DNA from: the human T2T-CHM13v2.0 reference genome, Homo sapiens
Strand: one strand, 5' to 3'
Length of the DNA: 64,000 bases
Assembly: GCF_009914755.1 (NCBI RefSeq)
Contig: NC_060932.1
Positions 1 through 18,614 of this stretch are shown piece after piece (positions within the stretch are counted from its first letter, which is position 1; every line of letters starts with the position of its first letter). The notes under the pieces were generated by a model. The model was given only the letters and a program-made list of their open reading frames with translations. It was not told the DNA's origin and did no database searches. Made by a program: the position numbers and the translations under genes.

Positions 1-369
1 CAGCCAGAAAACTGTCCTGCAATCTGTAGTACAGTAAAAGCCTTGTTACTTTACATAATCAGGACCAGTTTCTGATTAAAGAGTTAAAGAGAAGAATTAT
101 TTCTTTTACAAAAAGATACATCAGTCTTGTATTGGATACAGATTAGGCAACAAAACAAAATACAGCGGTTTTTAACAAGATAGAAACTACCTTTACACAT
201 TAGTCTGAACGCAACCTATCTAAGAATGATGTGGTAACTTTTGTAAAGACCCAGGTGCTTTCTATAAAGCTGTTGTTTTTACCCCTTGTGTGATGGCCTC
301 TGGCTCCTGGTTGAAGATGATCAATCAGCCATTCCAGAGGGAGTGTTGTCCACCTGCTCTCATGCCCCC

Positions 370-803
370 TACCATGGTTTGAATATTTGCCCCCTTCTGA
401 ACTCATGTTGAAATGTAATCCTCAATTTGCCAGTACTGAGAGATGGGCATTTAAGAGGAAATAAGATTATGAGGTTTGTGCTCTTATGAATGGACTAATT
501 TATTCGTAGATTAATGAATTAATAGGTTAGTGAATTAATGGGTTATTATGGAAGTGGGACTGATGGCTGTATGAGAAGAGGAAGGGAGACCTGACCTAGC
601 ATGCTCAGCCCCCTTACCATGTGATGGCCTGTACCACCTCAAGACTGTGCATAGGGTCCCCACTAGCAAGAAGGCCCCCACCAGATGTGGCCCCTTGACC
701 TTGGACTTCTCAGCCTCCATAACTGTAAGAAATAAATTATTTTTCTTCATACTTTACCTAGTTTCATGTATTCTATTATAAGCAACAGAAAATGAACTAA
801 GAC
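370..803 (+). mobile_element. ERVL-MaLR solo LTR (MST/MLT1A type)
   Basis: Typical start (atggtttgaatatttgccc...ctcatgttgaaatgtaatcc) and end (aataaa...tataagcaacagaaaatgaactaagac). Confidence 0.8.
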
Positions 804-1031
804 TCCCTCTTTTTCTTCCCTGCATTTATCTTGCTGATGTGGGGAGGATAGGAAAGAAAGTGACTATAGTCACTGTCTTTGTACATACCTGCTCTTGAGA
901 AACTGTTAGTCCTTTATCGGCCATATCACTGTGCTTTTCACCTATTTCCTGTGACCATGATAAGTATGAGTGATGGCTTTAGCAGGCTCCCTTGACAAGT
1001 TGGTCAGCCTCTGGAGACACTGGGGCTTTAG

Positions 1032-4186
<3,155 letters not shown>

Positions 4187-4694
4187 TTACAATTTTCCTT
4201 CATAGATAACTCATGCTGGTTGTAGGTGGGCCCAGGAGGAATCTGTCCTCTATACCTCTCTGGAATTATTAATTCATACTGGTGATTCTTGTCCCTCTCT
4301 ACTTAGACATTCCACTTTGCCCTCTCCTCAGTTTCCTTTCACTTCTCCAGGTAGCATCAGATAAGCTGCAAGATTAAGTATAAATGCAATGGTGGAACTG
4401 ACTATCAGTCTTTCTTTCATGTTGAAATCCTCATACTTGAAGAGTGTTTTTCTAAGGATCCTGCCCTTGGCAGGATGTTCACCAGTTGGGTACCATTCTC
4501 TCCTTTTTCAGTGTAGAGATGAAAGGAGAGGACAGTTCACAACTATTGCATGCTCTCAAAAGGCAACTTTTCACATCCAATACCTCCTCTTTTACTGAAT
4601 GGGGACAGAGAGATGAGGAGGAATGATTACTGATAGATGCCACCATGCGGTAGGTCTTGTGGGGAGGTAGATGGCAATAAGAAGAAGAAGAACA

Positions 4695-4895
4695 GTAACC
4701 ATTGAGTACTTATATGCCAGGTTCTCTTCTAAGTGTTTTACACATATTAATTCATTTAATTCCTCCCCAAACCACTATGAGGTGGTACAAATTTCTTTTT
4801 GGTAGATGTGCTTGGGTAACTTGCCCAAGTTTGCAGTCTTACAAGAAGTGGAGCTAGAATTTGATCCAAGGCACTCCAGTTTTAATGCCTGTTTC
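4695..4895 (-). mobile_element. MIR
   Basis: gtaacttgcccaag...ggagctagaatttgatccaaggc, reverse MIR core. Confidence 0.7.
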
Positions 4896-7800
4896 CATGA
4901 GCAGCTATAGTTATACTGATGCTTAGGTGCTATGGAGCATTGAGGGTCAACTGTCAAGATGACTCAGGAAGAGGGCAGATATGCAATTTGAAGTAGCTGT
5001 TGAAACATGGCAAACACAACATAGTATGATGCTAGAGAGTGGATAGATGAGAAAATAATGCTGGTGTGGCCCATCAGATAAAGAAGCAGTCACATCTCCT
5101 AAAAACAGATGCTATGTCTCACAAACCAAATAGCAGTCTTTTTGTATATACATGGTAGGAAAATTGTTGTTAACCCGATATCAGTGTTGTCTGCCACAAA
5201 TACACACATGAATAACAAGCTGTCAACAGAAGCACCTTCTCAAGGCATCAAATAAAATGATGTGTAGCAGTTACTTTAAATCTCCGTAGTCCCTTTTGTT
5301 CATATTTGCTGTATCACTGTACCCACATATTCAACAAACTCTATAACCATAAATAAACTGGACTTCAGTTCAGTCCTGTGACATCACATAAAATGTTTGA
5401 ATTCTAGACAGAATTGGCAAATTGTTGTTTTTACAGAATGAATAGAATTTGCAACATGATCATATTAGTATGCGTGTGAGTGCTGTGTCTGTATAAAAGT
5501 GCCTTGTTAAGTGATAAGAAATCATCTGCCAATGTTGTTTCTTAATATTTAATCATATATATATTAAATATTTATACAAAGGTGATAATAGAATTATGTG
5601 GCCACAGTAGAAATACAAGAGAATTCTAATTCTACAATATTGTGCCTAAAATTGTAATCCACTTAATCATCCTTCATTGCAAATGTTTTGTAACTTGACA
5701 GCTATTATTAAAAAAGGCAAAATGTGGCATATTGTAAAAAAAAAAAAAATCCTCTTACCAAGTGTTCTTGACATTTGACAATGCCATTAAGCTAAAAGTA
5801 TCAAAGACAGAGTTTTAAATCATGTGAAGCTGTGGTTAAGCTGATCTTTTCCAAAAAGGTTTACAGAAAATGTGTTTTAACTTATTGCCATGAACAAATG
5901 GAGGCAACCTACATTTTTTTGAATTTTTGAGATTAGTAATATATCCATAAAGTAGCAGGGTCATACATTGTCTGTACCAATATACCATGGATTATATTAC
6001 CCCTATGGCACCTATTTCTCATCCCCCCCAAAAAAACCAATAAGATTATTTGAAATATAGAGTGATAAAATGTTTCAGACAATTTTCCAGATGCCGAATT
6101 TCTAAGCAAAGAAAACAAGACACAAAGTAAAGCAAATAACAGAGGCTTGAGGTAAGCAGATATAAATTTCTTCATAGATGGCCATCCAAATGAACAGAAA
6201 GAGATTGTAGGATCAGTGCACCAAACTACCAAGACAACTTCAGTAAATAGTTTAGAACACATAGCAGCCCCCACTCCGTGGCTAATGATAATGAAATCCT
6301 AGTCACAAGCTGCTCCTACAATTGAAAAATGTTGATTTTGCTAGCTTTGAATTGTCATCTCTTTAAGAATAAATATTGATGACTTAGTGCCATTTTAGGT
6401 AGATATTTTAAGAACCCACTAGTAACACACACACCTATCTTCCCAACAGCCGGGCTGTTAACATAATAATTTATACAACGTCACCTGCTGATCCTGGAGC
6501 CCCACTCTGAGGAGAGAAGTTATGCATAATTAATTATATTCATATTTTAATATTCATATTGCTGATTATGATTGTCATGATTTATTATCCAAACTTCATA
6601 TGTGAGGCAAAAGCATTATAAAAGATATGTTGTAAAAGGTGTTTTTTTTTTTATTAGCAGAACTAATTGATTTGTAGATGAACACTTTTCTTTACATAAT
6701 GGAAGCATATTTTGATTACTCTGTGAATAAAACCACAATTACTCTTCTCATTTTAAAAAGGTACAAAATTATTTGTCTTTTTTGCCAATTTCTTACTTGA
6801 TTTAGAGACCGTGAATGTGAACACACCATTTTTATTTAAAATTCCCTGTCATGCTATAGCTTGCCTCTCTCTTAAACAGTGATAACATGTGTATTGACAT
6901 ACTAACAAGAAGAATTTGAATTAAGGAGGAAAAGACCATCTGAAAAGAATTCCATATTTCTCCATGTAGAAATAAGGAACTAATCTGTTATTTCTTAATA
7001 TGAATAAAATTTAGAGATATTTTTGATAACCTATGAATATTAGATTATCTGCTGTTAATTAAACTCAGGCCTGATATGATGCCTGAAACATCATATGCAG
7101 CAGAAGATGCCATTACAAAATGAAAGTACATCATCTGTATCTACTGGAGTTTCCTTGAGATTTAGCTTCAAAAGGTAAAAACTAGTTCCGATTTCACAGA
7201 GAAAATAATAATGGAGACCAATTTATATACAAGTACAGTTTTTCCTGTTGCAACATTTCGGTACAGACATTCATTCAAATTCTTGGGAAAAAACTGCCGA
7301 TGTGCAGTTTGTATATCTCTTATATTCATACATGGAGGAGATGATTTATATGCTAGTCAATATTTAAGCTGAATTTGGGGAATTCTATTTTAGCTATGCA
7401 GGGGCGGCGAATATGATGTACTAACACTTCCATTTAAAAGAACTTGTGAGCACTGAATTTGTAATCTAAATGTTAGTAGAATTAAAAAGAGGGATGGAGG
7501 TGGAACTGGGCTACCTGCCATGTAATATAGTGTGGCTAGTACATATATTTGGTTAGCCAAAACAAATTAAACTCAGAAAGGAGGTAAAAGATGCTTTATT
7601 GCAATAGTCATATTCAATCTGAAAGTCAACATAAAAGTGTCTTAGCGTGAATGGTTATTTTCTTTCTTTAATGAATGTATATGGTAGGCTGGAAGTCATT
7701 AAGCTTTAAAAATTTAGAGAATATTTCTATATGGCAAAGTAAAAAACCTATTAATTAATCTGAGTTTCTGGCATGCTTTGTTCCATTAAGTATAGACTTA

Positions 7801-8214
7801 TAGGAAAAAGCAAAATATAGGAGAAAAAACAACAGAGAGAAAAACTAGAGGTTAATTGCCTTTGTTGATTTCCAAGTAGTTTTGACAGCTCTGATCCATT
7901 AAAATATGTGTAAAAATTGATGAATGTATTCTTAGTAAGACTGTGTTTTGAGAAGGTTTTTCTCAACACTGAGGTTTTATTCCATTCGTAATCCAAATAA
8001 AAGCTGACTAAATTAAATTAATAGAAATGTCAGCTTCTGTAAGTGTGCATTCTTATGCTAAAAATATTGGGTAATTTTCTCATAGCTTTCCAATGGAGTT
8101 TGCACATTCACATCAGAGTTTATTTGGTGGAAAGGAGTAATACCTGATTAGTACTTTTTCTTTTTCTTACTATTTTCCTTCTTTGGGTAGGTAAATAAAA
8201 ACCTTAGAGTAATT

Positions 8215-9200
8215 GCATGAGTTATCTATTGCTGCATAACAAGTTATCCCAAAATATCATAGCCCAAAACAACAAACATTTATTATTTCACTATTTCTGT
8301 GGGTCAGGAACCTGAGAGTAGTTTACCTGAAAGGTTTTGGGTTAGAGTCTCTCCTAAGGCTGCCACCAAGTTGTTGGTTGGGGCTACAGTCATGTAAAGG
8401 TTTAGGTGGAGGAGGATTATTCTAAGTTCACCTATGTGGTTGCTGGTGGGCCCTGGTTCTTCACCACGTGGCCTTCCCACAGGGTGCCTGATGACATGAC
8501 AGCCAGCTCCCTCAGATAGGGGGAGAAAATGAAGGGTAAACACAAGTGCACCCAAGATGAAAGACACCATCTTTTTATGACCTAATCTAGGAAGTGACAT
8601 CCCATTTTCTGTCACATTCAATTCATTAGAAGAGAATCACTAAGTCCAACCCACACTTAAGTGGAGGTAGTTAAGTTCTACTTCTTGAAGGAAGGCTATT
8701 GTATTAATTTTCTATTGCTGTTGCAACAAATTACCACAAGTTTAGTAACTTTAAAGACTCAAATTTAGTATCTTAAAGTTCTGTAGATCAGAAGTCCAAC
8801 ATAAAGGTATTAGTAGGGCTATATTCCTTTCTGGAGGCTCCAGGGAAGAATTCATTTTCTTGTCTTTTCCAACTTCTGGCAGCCTCCTGTATTCCTTTCC
8901 TTGTGGCCCCTTGTTCCATATTCAAAGCCAACAATGGTGGGTTGAGTCTCATATCATGGCACTATGACCTCCTCTTCTTCCCTCCTCTTCCAAACGTAAA
9001 GACACTTCTGATTACATGTGAATGTACCCAGATTATCCAGGTAAATCTCCCTATTTTAAAGTCAATTTAATTTCCCTTTACTTTGTAATGTAACATATTT
9101 ACAGGTTCCAGGAATTGGAATGTTCACATCTTTGGGGGACTGTTATTCTTTCTACTACAGTTGTCAAATAATTTGTGGATATATTTTTTAAACCTCTACA
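8215..9200 (-). mobile_element. MLT1-type MaLR LTR (MLT1F-like) with a second MLT1 LTR (MLT1C/D-like) nested at ~8700-9159
   Basis: Two successive reverse MLT1 3' ends (tctattgctgcataacaa; ttttctattgctgttgcaacaaattaccacaa). The outer LTR resumes after ...tctactaca and ends at ...aaacctctaca. Confidence 0.75.
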
Positions 9201-9439
9201 GTAATAATGTACCTAGAATCATCCTCCTGCCCAAATACACACACTCAAGGTCCAGTCCTTTCAGAATATTTATTAAAGTCTAGTGGATCACTAACCCAGG
9301 TAACAAACTGCCTGCACTAGTTATTCAGTATCCAAAAGAGATCAACATCCATACCTTTCTCTTTCTCAGGTATCTATGGTTGCCCAGATTAAGTAAGATA
9401 AAATTTTTACCTTAAAGTAGGAGAAAGTAACTGGGTTTA

Positions 9440-9610
9440 GTTTAAGAAATATATACATCTGGTGTCAGAAAGAATTTGTTATAATCTGAGTTTTGCTAGA
9501 ATACTGCCATGTGGTCTTATGCAGGTTACTCATCTCTTTTGCCTAAGGTTTTCTTACTTATAAAATGAGGGAAATAATATTGATGTTGCACAGATATTGT
9601 ACAGATTCAT
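9440..9610 (+). mobile_element. MIR
   Basis: gcaggttactcatctct...cttacttataaaatgagggaaataata core. Confidence 0.6.
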
Positions 9611-11524
9611 TTATAATTCAGAAATTGATTATTTCATCTTCTCTGTTGTCCAAAATCTACTGTTTTATAAAATGACTGCTATTGATACTGTTACGTATCT
9701 GTGATGTGATCTTTTTCTTCTAAATCTTGAGGTTACTGATAAACAATATCTTTTTAAAAACATAGTCTAGACCTCCACCAGTGATTTATATGTCTCAGCC
9801 CTTTCAGGCAGGTACCCAGCATAAACATCAAGACTCCTTTTTGAGGAATCACATGTTGCCCCATTTGCCTATCTTATAGGCCATTGCTAGACATAGTAAT
9901 TATGCCAAAACCCTTTTAATATTTATTCATAAACAAGCCCCAAGCTAATTTATCCATGTACCCTTAGATATTATTTTTCAAACTGAAACTTCTCATTGTT
10001 ACTAACTATAAAATTAAAAATTATAAAATTGATTGTTATTTGTGAATGACACTGTAAATTTAGTTTAAAATTCAACATTGAAGATAAAATTAGATTTTTT
10101 TTCCATGTTGATATGAATACAAATTTGGGTGGAACAGAGCATGGTGGTAAAAATAATGTTCTTACTAAATTAGGAGACCTATAGAACAAAAATGTACTTG
10201 AAGTTGGTTATGTTATACAAATAATTTATTGTTGCATCCAAAGAGCTGTGATATTCTACCAATTCATACAAGCAGAGATATAAGTATCACATTTTATAAA
10301 TATTTTATGTATATACAGTCATGAAACAGAAATACAAAAATTTTTGTGATAATCTGATATTGAGACGAAAAGAAAATATCAGCGTATTTCCACAGAATCT
10401 ATCTCTTTACTACCTATCACAGTTGGATTTTAAAAATGTTTACATTTACCACATAAATTATTTACATTTTGTTTACATTTTATTAGAAATTAGTTGGAAA
10501 TCTCTAATCAAAATGTTAAGCAAAATTCAGATTTTTAAGTTTGTAAAGAATTTCAGTTATTAAAAGTAAATCTCATGAATGAAAAGACAAATTTATTCTC
10601 ATAAAAGCAAAGAAGGGAGTAAATAAACATTGAGAGATCTGAAGGAATACAAGATTTAATTTGAATGCCAATTATTAGGCTCTGAAATATCTCAATTTGA
10701 AGGAAAAGGTTTTAATGGAGCTTCTATTTCTAATTAGATAGTTATCTTCTGTATCAGAATAGAATGAAATTGAGAATGCCTGTAACTGCATGATATCTAC
10801 ATTTGCTGAGACATTCAGAAGAAAATTAAAACATTTTTGACAGTTTTAATCATAGAAAATATGTTAAAAGCACTCTGTGAATGGAGGTAAAAAGACCACA
10901 CTTATAAAAATATTGGGGCTAAAATATGTACACATTTCACTACAAAAATAGAATAGGGAATCTCTTCCATTTATCATAATTGGCTCTCAGCTTATTTTCC
11001 TCAGCACCTGTGAGAGGAAGTATTTTCTCAATTAAAAATGTAATACTTACAAAGCAAAGTCATTGGAAAAGAGTCAACAATGTCAAAACTATTAATGAAA
11101 AAATGCAACTTTAAAGACCTTTAAAATTGTATGAAAAATTAGAAATAATACAGAAAAATTAATTTTCAGAAAAATATAACTGACCAGGATATGATACATA
11201 AGTCAAAAAAACTAAGCAAAGTGTCTGGAAAATCATTCAGTTCATTTATATTTAATATTCAGAGAGTCAACCTAAATTTGTTTTAATTACACTTTAAATA
11301 TGTTTATTAAAAGAATTTATGGAACCTATAGAACCAGTGATAATTACATTATCCAATGAATTAATTAAAATTTTGAAATTATATAATTTTAATAATTTTA
11401 ATGCCCCCTTTAACTGTAAAGTGACCACATAGATACTAAATTGCAAGATCATCCTAACTAGAACCTTGTTCATGACCACTTTTTACCTTCCACAGCAATG
11501 TTGAGTCACAGAAGCTCAGATAAT

Positions 11525-12030
11525 ACACTCATTAATTCATTGATTAACTCATTCCCATATTTAACAAACACTTATTAAGCTCCATCTATGAGTCAAATAT
11601 TGTTCTAGGTTCATTGAATATATTTTTGAGCAAAACAGGCAAACATGGGAGGGGGTCCAGTAATATACAACATACATAATAAATTTTAAAATAGCATTGT
11701 GTATTAGGAGTTATAAATCCTTTGGAAAACATACATTCAAGAACGGTAAGGGGGCTTATGAGTGTGAGGAGTGGTAGGGAGATGACAATTTGCAATATTA
11801 AATAGGTGAGAAGGTGACACTTGAGCAAAGATTTGGAGGAATTTAGGGAGTTAGCCGTGCATTATCTATGGAGAGAGCAGGCCAGGGGAGACGAAACTGC
11901 TACAGGGAAGGGCAACAAAGCACCAGGCATGTTTGAGAGGCAGCAAGGAGACCAGAATAGCTAAAGAGGAATAAAGGGGCAGTAGCAGGATATGAGACAT
12001 GAAGGGCAAGAGAGGGAATGCAGTGGGATA
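11525..12030 (-). mobile_element. L2 fragment
   Basis: attcatt...aacaaacacttattaagc tail, then gaaggtgacacttgagcaaagatttggagga L2 motifs. Confidence 0.7.
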
Positions 12031-12484
12031 GAAAGAGGAGAGATACAGATGGCGCACTTCAAAAATCCTCTAAACACTCTTGTTTACACAACAGCTAGAA
12101 GAATTTTTATCTCATTGGATGTTTTGTGTTCTTACTTTTATATTAGCTTGGCTTTGTTATTAAATATCATATATCCCATTTCTCTCCTGTCTTTGGTGAA
12201 GGATCTTAGATCTTTTGTATTTCCTTGATGCCTTGCTCTTTCAGGTTTGTATTCTCAGTCAAAAGAGCTCTTTGAAGTTTTGCTTCCTTATAGAATTCTT
12301 AAGAATCACATTTAATTTAATGGCTTTTTACTTTACATATGCTCATAGACACTTTATGAAAAGAATCTTTTTGAAAATAAAATCACTAAATATTTGGTAA
12401 TTTCCCAACAAATTATATAGGCCTTGCCATAAGCAATGGATTTTTTAAGTTAAAAAGTCAGCTTTATCCACAGAATATGATGTT

Positions 12485-12690
12485 TGGAGTGACAGCTGAA
12501 CTCAGGGTCCTGGCATCACTAATTATTAGCTGCATTACCTTGTGCAAATAAGACTTTCTGAACTTCAATATCTATAACTGGGAATCAATAATAAGACCCA
12601 CACCACAAGATCATTGTCAGATTTTTCTAAATGTGTGTGAAAATTTGATCAACTATGAAATGACATACAAATGTTACCAACCATTATTAT
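12485..12690 (+). mobile_element. MIR
   Basis: tttggagtgacag...attagctgcattaccttgtgcaa degenerate MIR. Confidence 0.55.
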
Positions 12691-15600
12691 CATCAGTGCA
12701 TTAATATAGCATTATTCCATTCTGAGCTTTAGAATGGAATAATTAGAAAAGCATTTTTCAAATGTCTTTCCTGAAAGCTTTATTCTTCTGCTCAGAATTC
12801 CTAGTATTCTCTTTTCAAAACATCTTAAAACAATAAAATATTTAAAGATATAATTGAAGGAAAAGATTTAAGCTAAATGTGTTATATTCTAGGGTTGTAT
12901 ACTTCTCTCCACATGAAACACATTTAGTTTCCTAACATTAGCTCTGGCATTTCATTATATTTATGAATTATAAAATACCTCACATAGCAGCCTCGGTTTT
13001 TTAAATGTGGAATACAAAGTCATCACAAAAAGGACCTAAGAAAATTAAGTCCATATATACGCGTATGAAAAGAGAGAAATGAGAAAAGTGAAGGAACAAG
13101 AAAAGAAATACCAAAATCTTGGGGTCTCCTTTGCTTCACCAAGGTAAAACCTGAGAGTTCTCAAGGAAACTGATGATCCCGACTTTCTGTTGGTTGAATG
13201 TTACCAACAGGATATTCTTTAAGGAATGTTTTGTCCTCAAGTATGAAACTAAATAAACTCTTGGGATGCAATGAAATTAATAGTGCTAAGTCTGTTCACT
13301 AATGATGAATATATAGCTGAGATTTTTCACCATGTGTTTTTTAGTCTTGATTTTCTTAACAGTTGTATTCACCGTTGATGTCAATAATCACTGAGCATAT
13401 TTGTCAAATTGTTAAGCAAAGTTCTAAACATATTCAGGAGGCTACTGGTGAACACTTGTCTGGATTTTCTTCTATTCATTGGGTTTCTATAGGCTTTATC
13501 TCTTGATAAAATATACCTCCTTCATTTTTAACTTTTGTAGAGAGAAAGATGTTCATGGAATATAGAAAATATTTTTTCAGAAAACTTATTCAAGATAACA
13601 GAGGACACAAAATAACTTTTTTTAAAATCCAAATTATAAGCTTTAGGAATTAAGTAAATACAAACTTGTTAATTAACGGCATTATCATTTCGTGTTTGCT
13701 TTGTATCCTATATGAAACGTGCTTCTGTTCTCAGCTAAAATTTTTAGACTAGACATAGATGAAGCATGCACCAAAGCCACAAGGATTCGTCAACTTTCAT
13801 GGCCACTTATGCTTCAAGGCAAATCAAAGGTGTTTTGACAATTAGCTAATAGAACAAACAAACAAAAGAACAGAGACAGATCTCTATGACTCAACTGATA
13901 GAGCTGAGGCATTTGCCGAGTTTCCTGGTAGATGTGGTTCGATAAAACGTCTAACGTTAGAATCTGTGTCTTGGGAAGAAACCACCTCATATACCAAGAA
14001 CGAACCCTGAGGGTGGTCTCACTGATAGTTCTCAGTGTACTGCCATGTTCCCAAAGTGTGAAGGCTACATCTTTATTATGATGCCTGTTACATTTTCTAT
14101 AGTTAGCGGCAGGTTTGCTTTTCTCTGTGATATCCTTGAGCATACAAAAATGTTCATGTTTGTTTACCCAAACTTTAGCATGGCACCGGGCATATGTTGT
14201 ATGTTCAAATAATTATTTGATCAATGAAAATGAATGCTCCCTGACATTTTAATTTTATTCCTAATATAACCTTTGAATGAAATATATAATAAATATAGAA
14301 AGGCATCCAAATATATATGTGCTTTTTTTCACTTCAGTTTCTATTAGGGAAAAAACAGTCTAAATCTAAATAAGTCACATACAATGATCAAGCTTACCAA
14401 ATAACTAGTAAGAAGTTCAAGTTTCCACTTTGATTTGCCCTTGCAGACACAGCCTGGGAGCATGGAGAATTTTCTGGTAACAAATGGGAATCTGGCCAAC
14501 CAATGATCTCTACATTAGCATTCTAATAACCAGAGGCCAACGTGCCATAGTGCTGTGTCAGAACTAATTTATGAAACTAGGTCCAAAGGCTCATTAAAAT
14601 GGTCACAATTCAGTGACTGCCCAGTAAAATTAGACTACAGTTTCATTCTTATAACACCGAATATTTTAACATACTATTAAGGACATACTTCAAGTGTTAA
14701 AACTAGCTTTGATGCTGTGAAGGGAAAAACAACAACATTAGAAAGCTATTTACTTTTGTAGAAGATTGGCTCCAATCTCAGATTTTCGCTCAAAATGCTA
14801 CAAATGTCCATATTTTAGAGCCCTGGGTGTGCTGTACTTGCTTTTGCAACTCTGGTACATTTGTGGGTTTTTTTGTTTTGTTTTGTTTCCTCAGAGTAAA
14901 AGCACTGCTGTGTAGCTCTTGTAAACCACAGGGCTGTGAACCCACCTGGCCAGGAAATTGCAGGCAGCACAGTTGGGAGTTGAATTTTCTTCTCCTCTGC
15001 TGCCAGACAGATCTCTCTACAGCACTCCTTTAATCATGCATCCTCCCCTGTGATGCCAGAGCTCCTGGGACACAGAGTGCATTGCTTTACAGGCTGCTTT
15101 CCACAGCCAAACTGGGTTTGAGTGGCATAGAAGGTGTGACATTCAAAATCTTATGAAGAACAAGGAGAGGTAGTGGGGAAAGTTCTAGATTAGGAGTCTG
15201 GTGCAGCTGCAGTTCAATCTGCTGCTAACTCTCAGACAGTCCTGTCTGCTGCTGGGGCAGGGTATCACCTCTTTTGCTGGTTCAATGCTTGGCACGTGGG
15301 CTTTGCTCAATAGGAAAGGTGGTTATAGTGAACTGAACTAACAGTACAAATAAGAAAGCCATTTAATTTCTCAGTATCTCAAACATCTATATATACGAAG
15401 TGGGAAGAATGGCTCCTGCTGTGCTTATTTCACAGGGTTGTTCTGAGGATCTCAACTAATAATAACTACCAAAACACTTTTTGGTGGTATGGTGCTTATA
15501 CTTGGGTAATGTATGGTTATGTCCGTTCACTTGTCAAACATAACAGACTGTTTTCTTTATCTCCTGAATTTTTATTCAATGGAACAGTAATGAATCCCTA

Positions 15601-16274
15601 AATCTTCTAAATGTGAACAGTAAAAGAGACAGAATGACTTTTCCTGGCAGTCTGCATGCCATGACTGAATTATTTAGACTTCTATTTAAACCTGATGAGG
15701 AAAAAAAAAAAACCCTAAGAATAAAGATTTGTCTTTTAACCAATTATTTCAGAAAAATGTTTCTTTTAGACTTATTCACATTTAGAAGATACTATTGATA
15801 GTGTGGATGTCCTATTATAAATTAGATACCATTTCCATATCAAAGTTAAATATATCTGAAAAATGACAGAGCCAGCAGGGATTGCTAGTGGTAGAGTAAG
15901 TTGCAAATGTCAGTTTATTGTAGCAGTGTAAATTATATTTAATTTAAAAGACTACGTTTAACTTTTAAAATGAGGGTACTCCAAGTTGAATCCATGGCAA
16001 ATAAATAAATATAAAATATTTTCCTAAACATGTCAGGGTATCTCATAAAGCAGTATCCTAGAGGAGCTCTGATTTGCTGGATGCTAATAGATATATCGTC
16101 CAAAATATCCTAAATTCATGTATATGTAAGAACATTTGAGTTAAATGCAAGTGAATCTTTTTTTGCAGTTTTATCTGTTAAGTGTAAATAGCCAAGAAAA
16201 GGATATAATGTAGCATTTTTACTAACAGTTTTACTGTGATAAATTTGTTTCACGATACCTAATAACATCTCCCA

Positions 16275-16693
<419 letters not shown>

Positions 16694-18396
16694 TTATGCC
16701 TTTTGGTCTGTATAAATTTAATTAACAATAGACTTATTGAGCATCTATTGCATAAACAACAGTGCGTGGGGTGCTGAAGGGCATAAGAAACTGAGTGAAA
16801 TTATGACTGCCCTTTAGAAGTCCAAAGTCAAAGGGCACCCATACTCAGTGTCATGGAAATGGTATAATAAAGTAGGTGCGAGGTGGGAGAGTCACATCTA
16901 TTTGGGTGCAGAATTGAAAGTATCTTCCCAAGAGTCAAAAGCATGAAATAATAGAAATCCATTGTGATCACCTTTAATAGTATGCTTACAAAGATTGGTC
17001 AAATAAATGTAGTTACATGGCTGGTTAGTATTCTGGTGGATGACACTTTGGAATAGCACCCGTCTCCATTTGCTTCATCTCATTTGCCTCAAGTTAGAAT
17101 AGGTTCAGCTCATTGACTTTTTTCAGTTCCATAAGTTTATAGTTATATCTGTCACGGCATCATGGTATTGCTTATTCAGTTTTAAATTAAAGAAGAAACA
17201 AAAATTGGCTAAATTTTTGAGAGCAGTTAATACATTTTTAATTAACTTACTGTGAAAAGATACAGTTAGTAGCCCAACAGGATATTTTTCAATTGTTTGA
17301 ACCTGAGGTTTAATATCAGAGGGATAATTTTGGAGCAAATTTTACTTTTTTTATACTTTTTTCATGCTAACTTGAAATATTGAAACTTCAGAATGAGATG
17401 GGTCTATTCTCTGCTTAGAGAGAATCATGACAAAATGCAAATGGCCCTTCTCCCTTCAAGTGGGGGCGTGCCAGGCATCAATTAGCCACAGGTAGAGTTC
17501 TCTTAACCTGTGGTTTGTTCTCTTCTGCTTTATCCCTATGGCTGGAATGGAGTGAGAGTAGCTAGCTTCTCCACGCAGATGTGATGTGTAGTGCACCCAA
17601 ACATAAATAAGTCTTATCAAAAGAATTCATTTAAATGGTGCCTGTTTGGTTTTATCAATCCTCACTCAGAAGAACATAATTCTAATAGCCAGATAACAAC
17701 GTGGACCAGCCTGGTATATAGGCATCTGTAAAGGTACTTCTGCACAATGACTACAAATTTAACTAGGCTTTTTGAAATATGCCAAAAGCATTTATTGGGA
17801 GTGATTAAACCCACATCATTTCTTGAGAACAGTTTAAGAGCTCTGAACGTTGATATTTTGTATAAATCTCTTTGTAAATCCAGAAAACAAAGAAATAACA
17901 CCTTACTTTTTGTGTCTCATGTTTTACTACAAAGCCCCTAGCTTATGAGAGCGTAGAAAATTGAACCTTGGTCATTCTTCCATTTACTCTACTTTGTGAG
18001 TAACTTACACAGTGCCAGGATAATCAGGGAACAAAACCTCAGGAGACTTCTCTGTTGTTGGTGACCACAGAGTTACTGCTAGGATGCCATACTGTGTGTC
18101 TGGTCCCTTCAAGGCCAACAGCTCTTGAGGCATGAGAACCTAAGCCTTGGCTTCCAATGAAGCTGGATTGTCCTGAATACCCAATTAATCTTGTATTTAT
18201 AAAGTTCAATACAAAGGGACTGCTCGTTCATTCGAATCTTGGCAAAGCTTATGTTCACTATGATTACCTGAGCTCTTTGCCCACTGTACCCTCCTCCATG
18301 GAATCCTTTCTGCCCCTTTCACCCTTCTCCCTGTCTACTAAAACCAGGTTTTAGATGATAAACAACATAGCACTGCAGAATATGTAAATATGCATA

Positions 18397-18614
18397 CAGA
18401 TATCCTTCACTTAGGATGGGGCTGCATCCCAAAAAGCCCAGGGTAAGTTCAAAACGCTATAAATTGAAAGTGTGTGGCTGACTAGGAGCTATGGCTCACT
18501 TCCACTGCCCAGCAAAGCGAGAGAAGTATAGTTTCTACAGAATGCAAATTGCTTTCCTACCATTAAAAACTCAAAAATCGTTAAGTCGAACTGTCATAAC
18601 TCGGCGACCATCTG
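18397..18614. mobile_element. MER47-like (Tigger/TcMar) non-autonomous DNA transposon
   Basis: TA|cagat...atctg|TA termini; body cttaggatggggctgcatccc...aaaatcgttaagtcgaac. Confidence 0.8.

Noticed and set aside
17486-17513. Small hairpin ccacaggt...acctgtgg
   Set aside because: An 8-bp stem is expected by chance in 64 kb.
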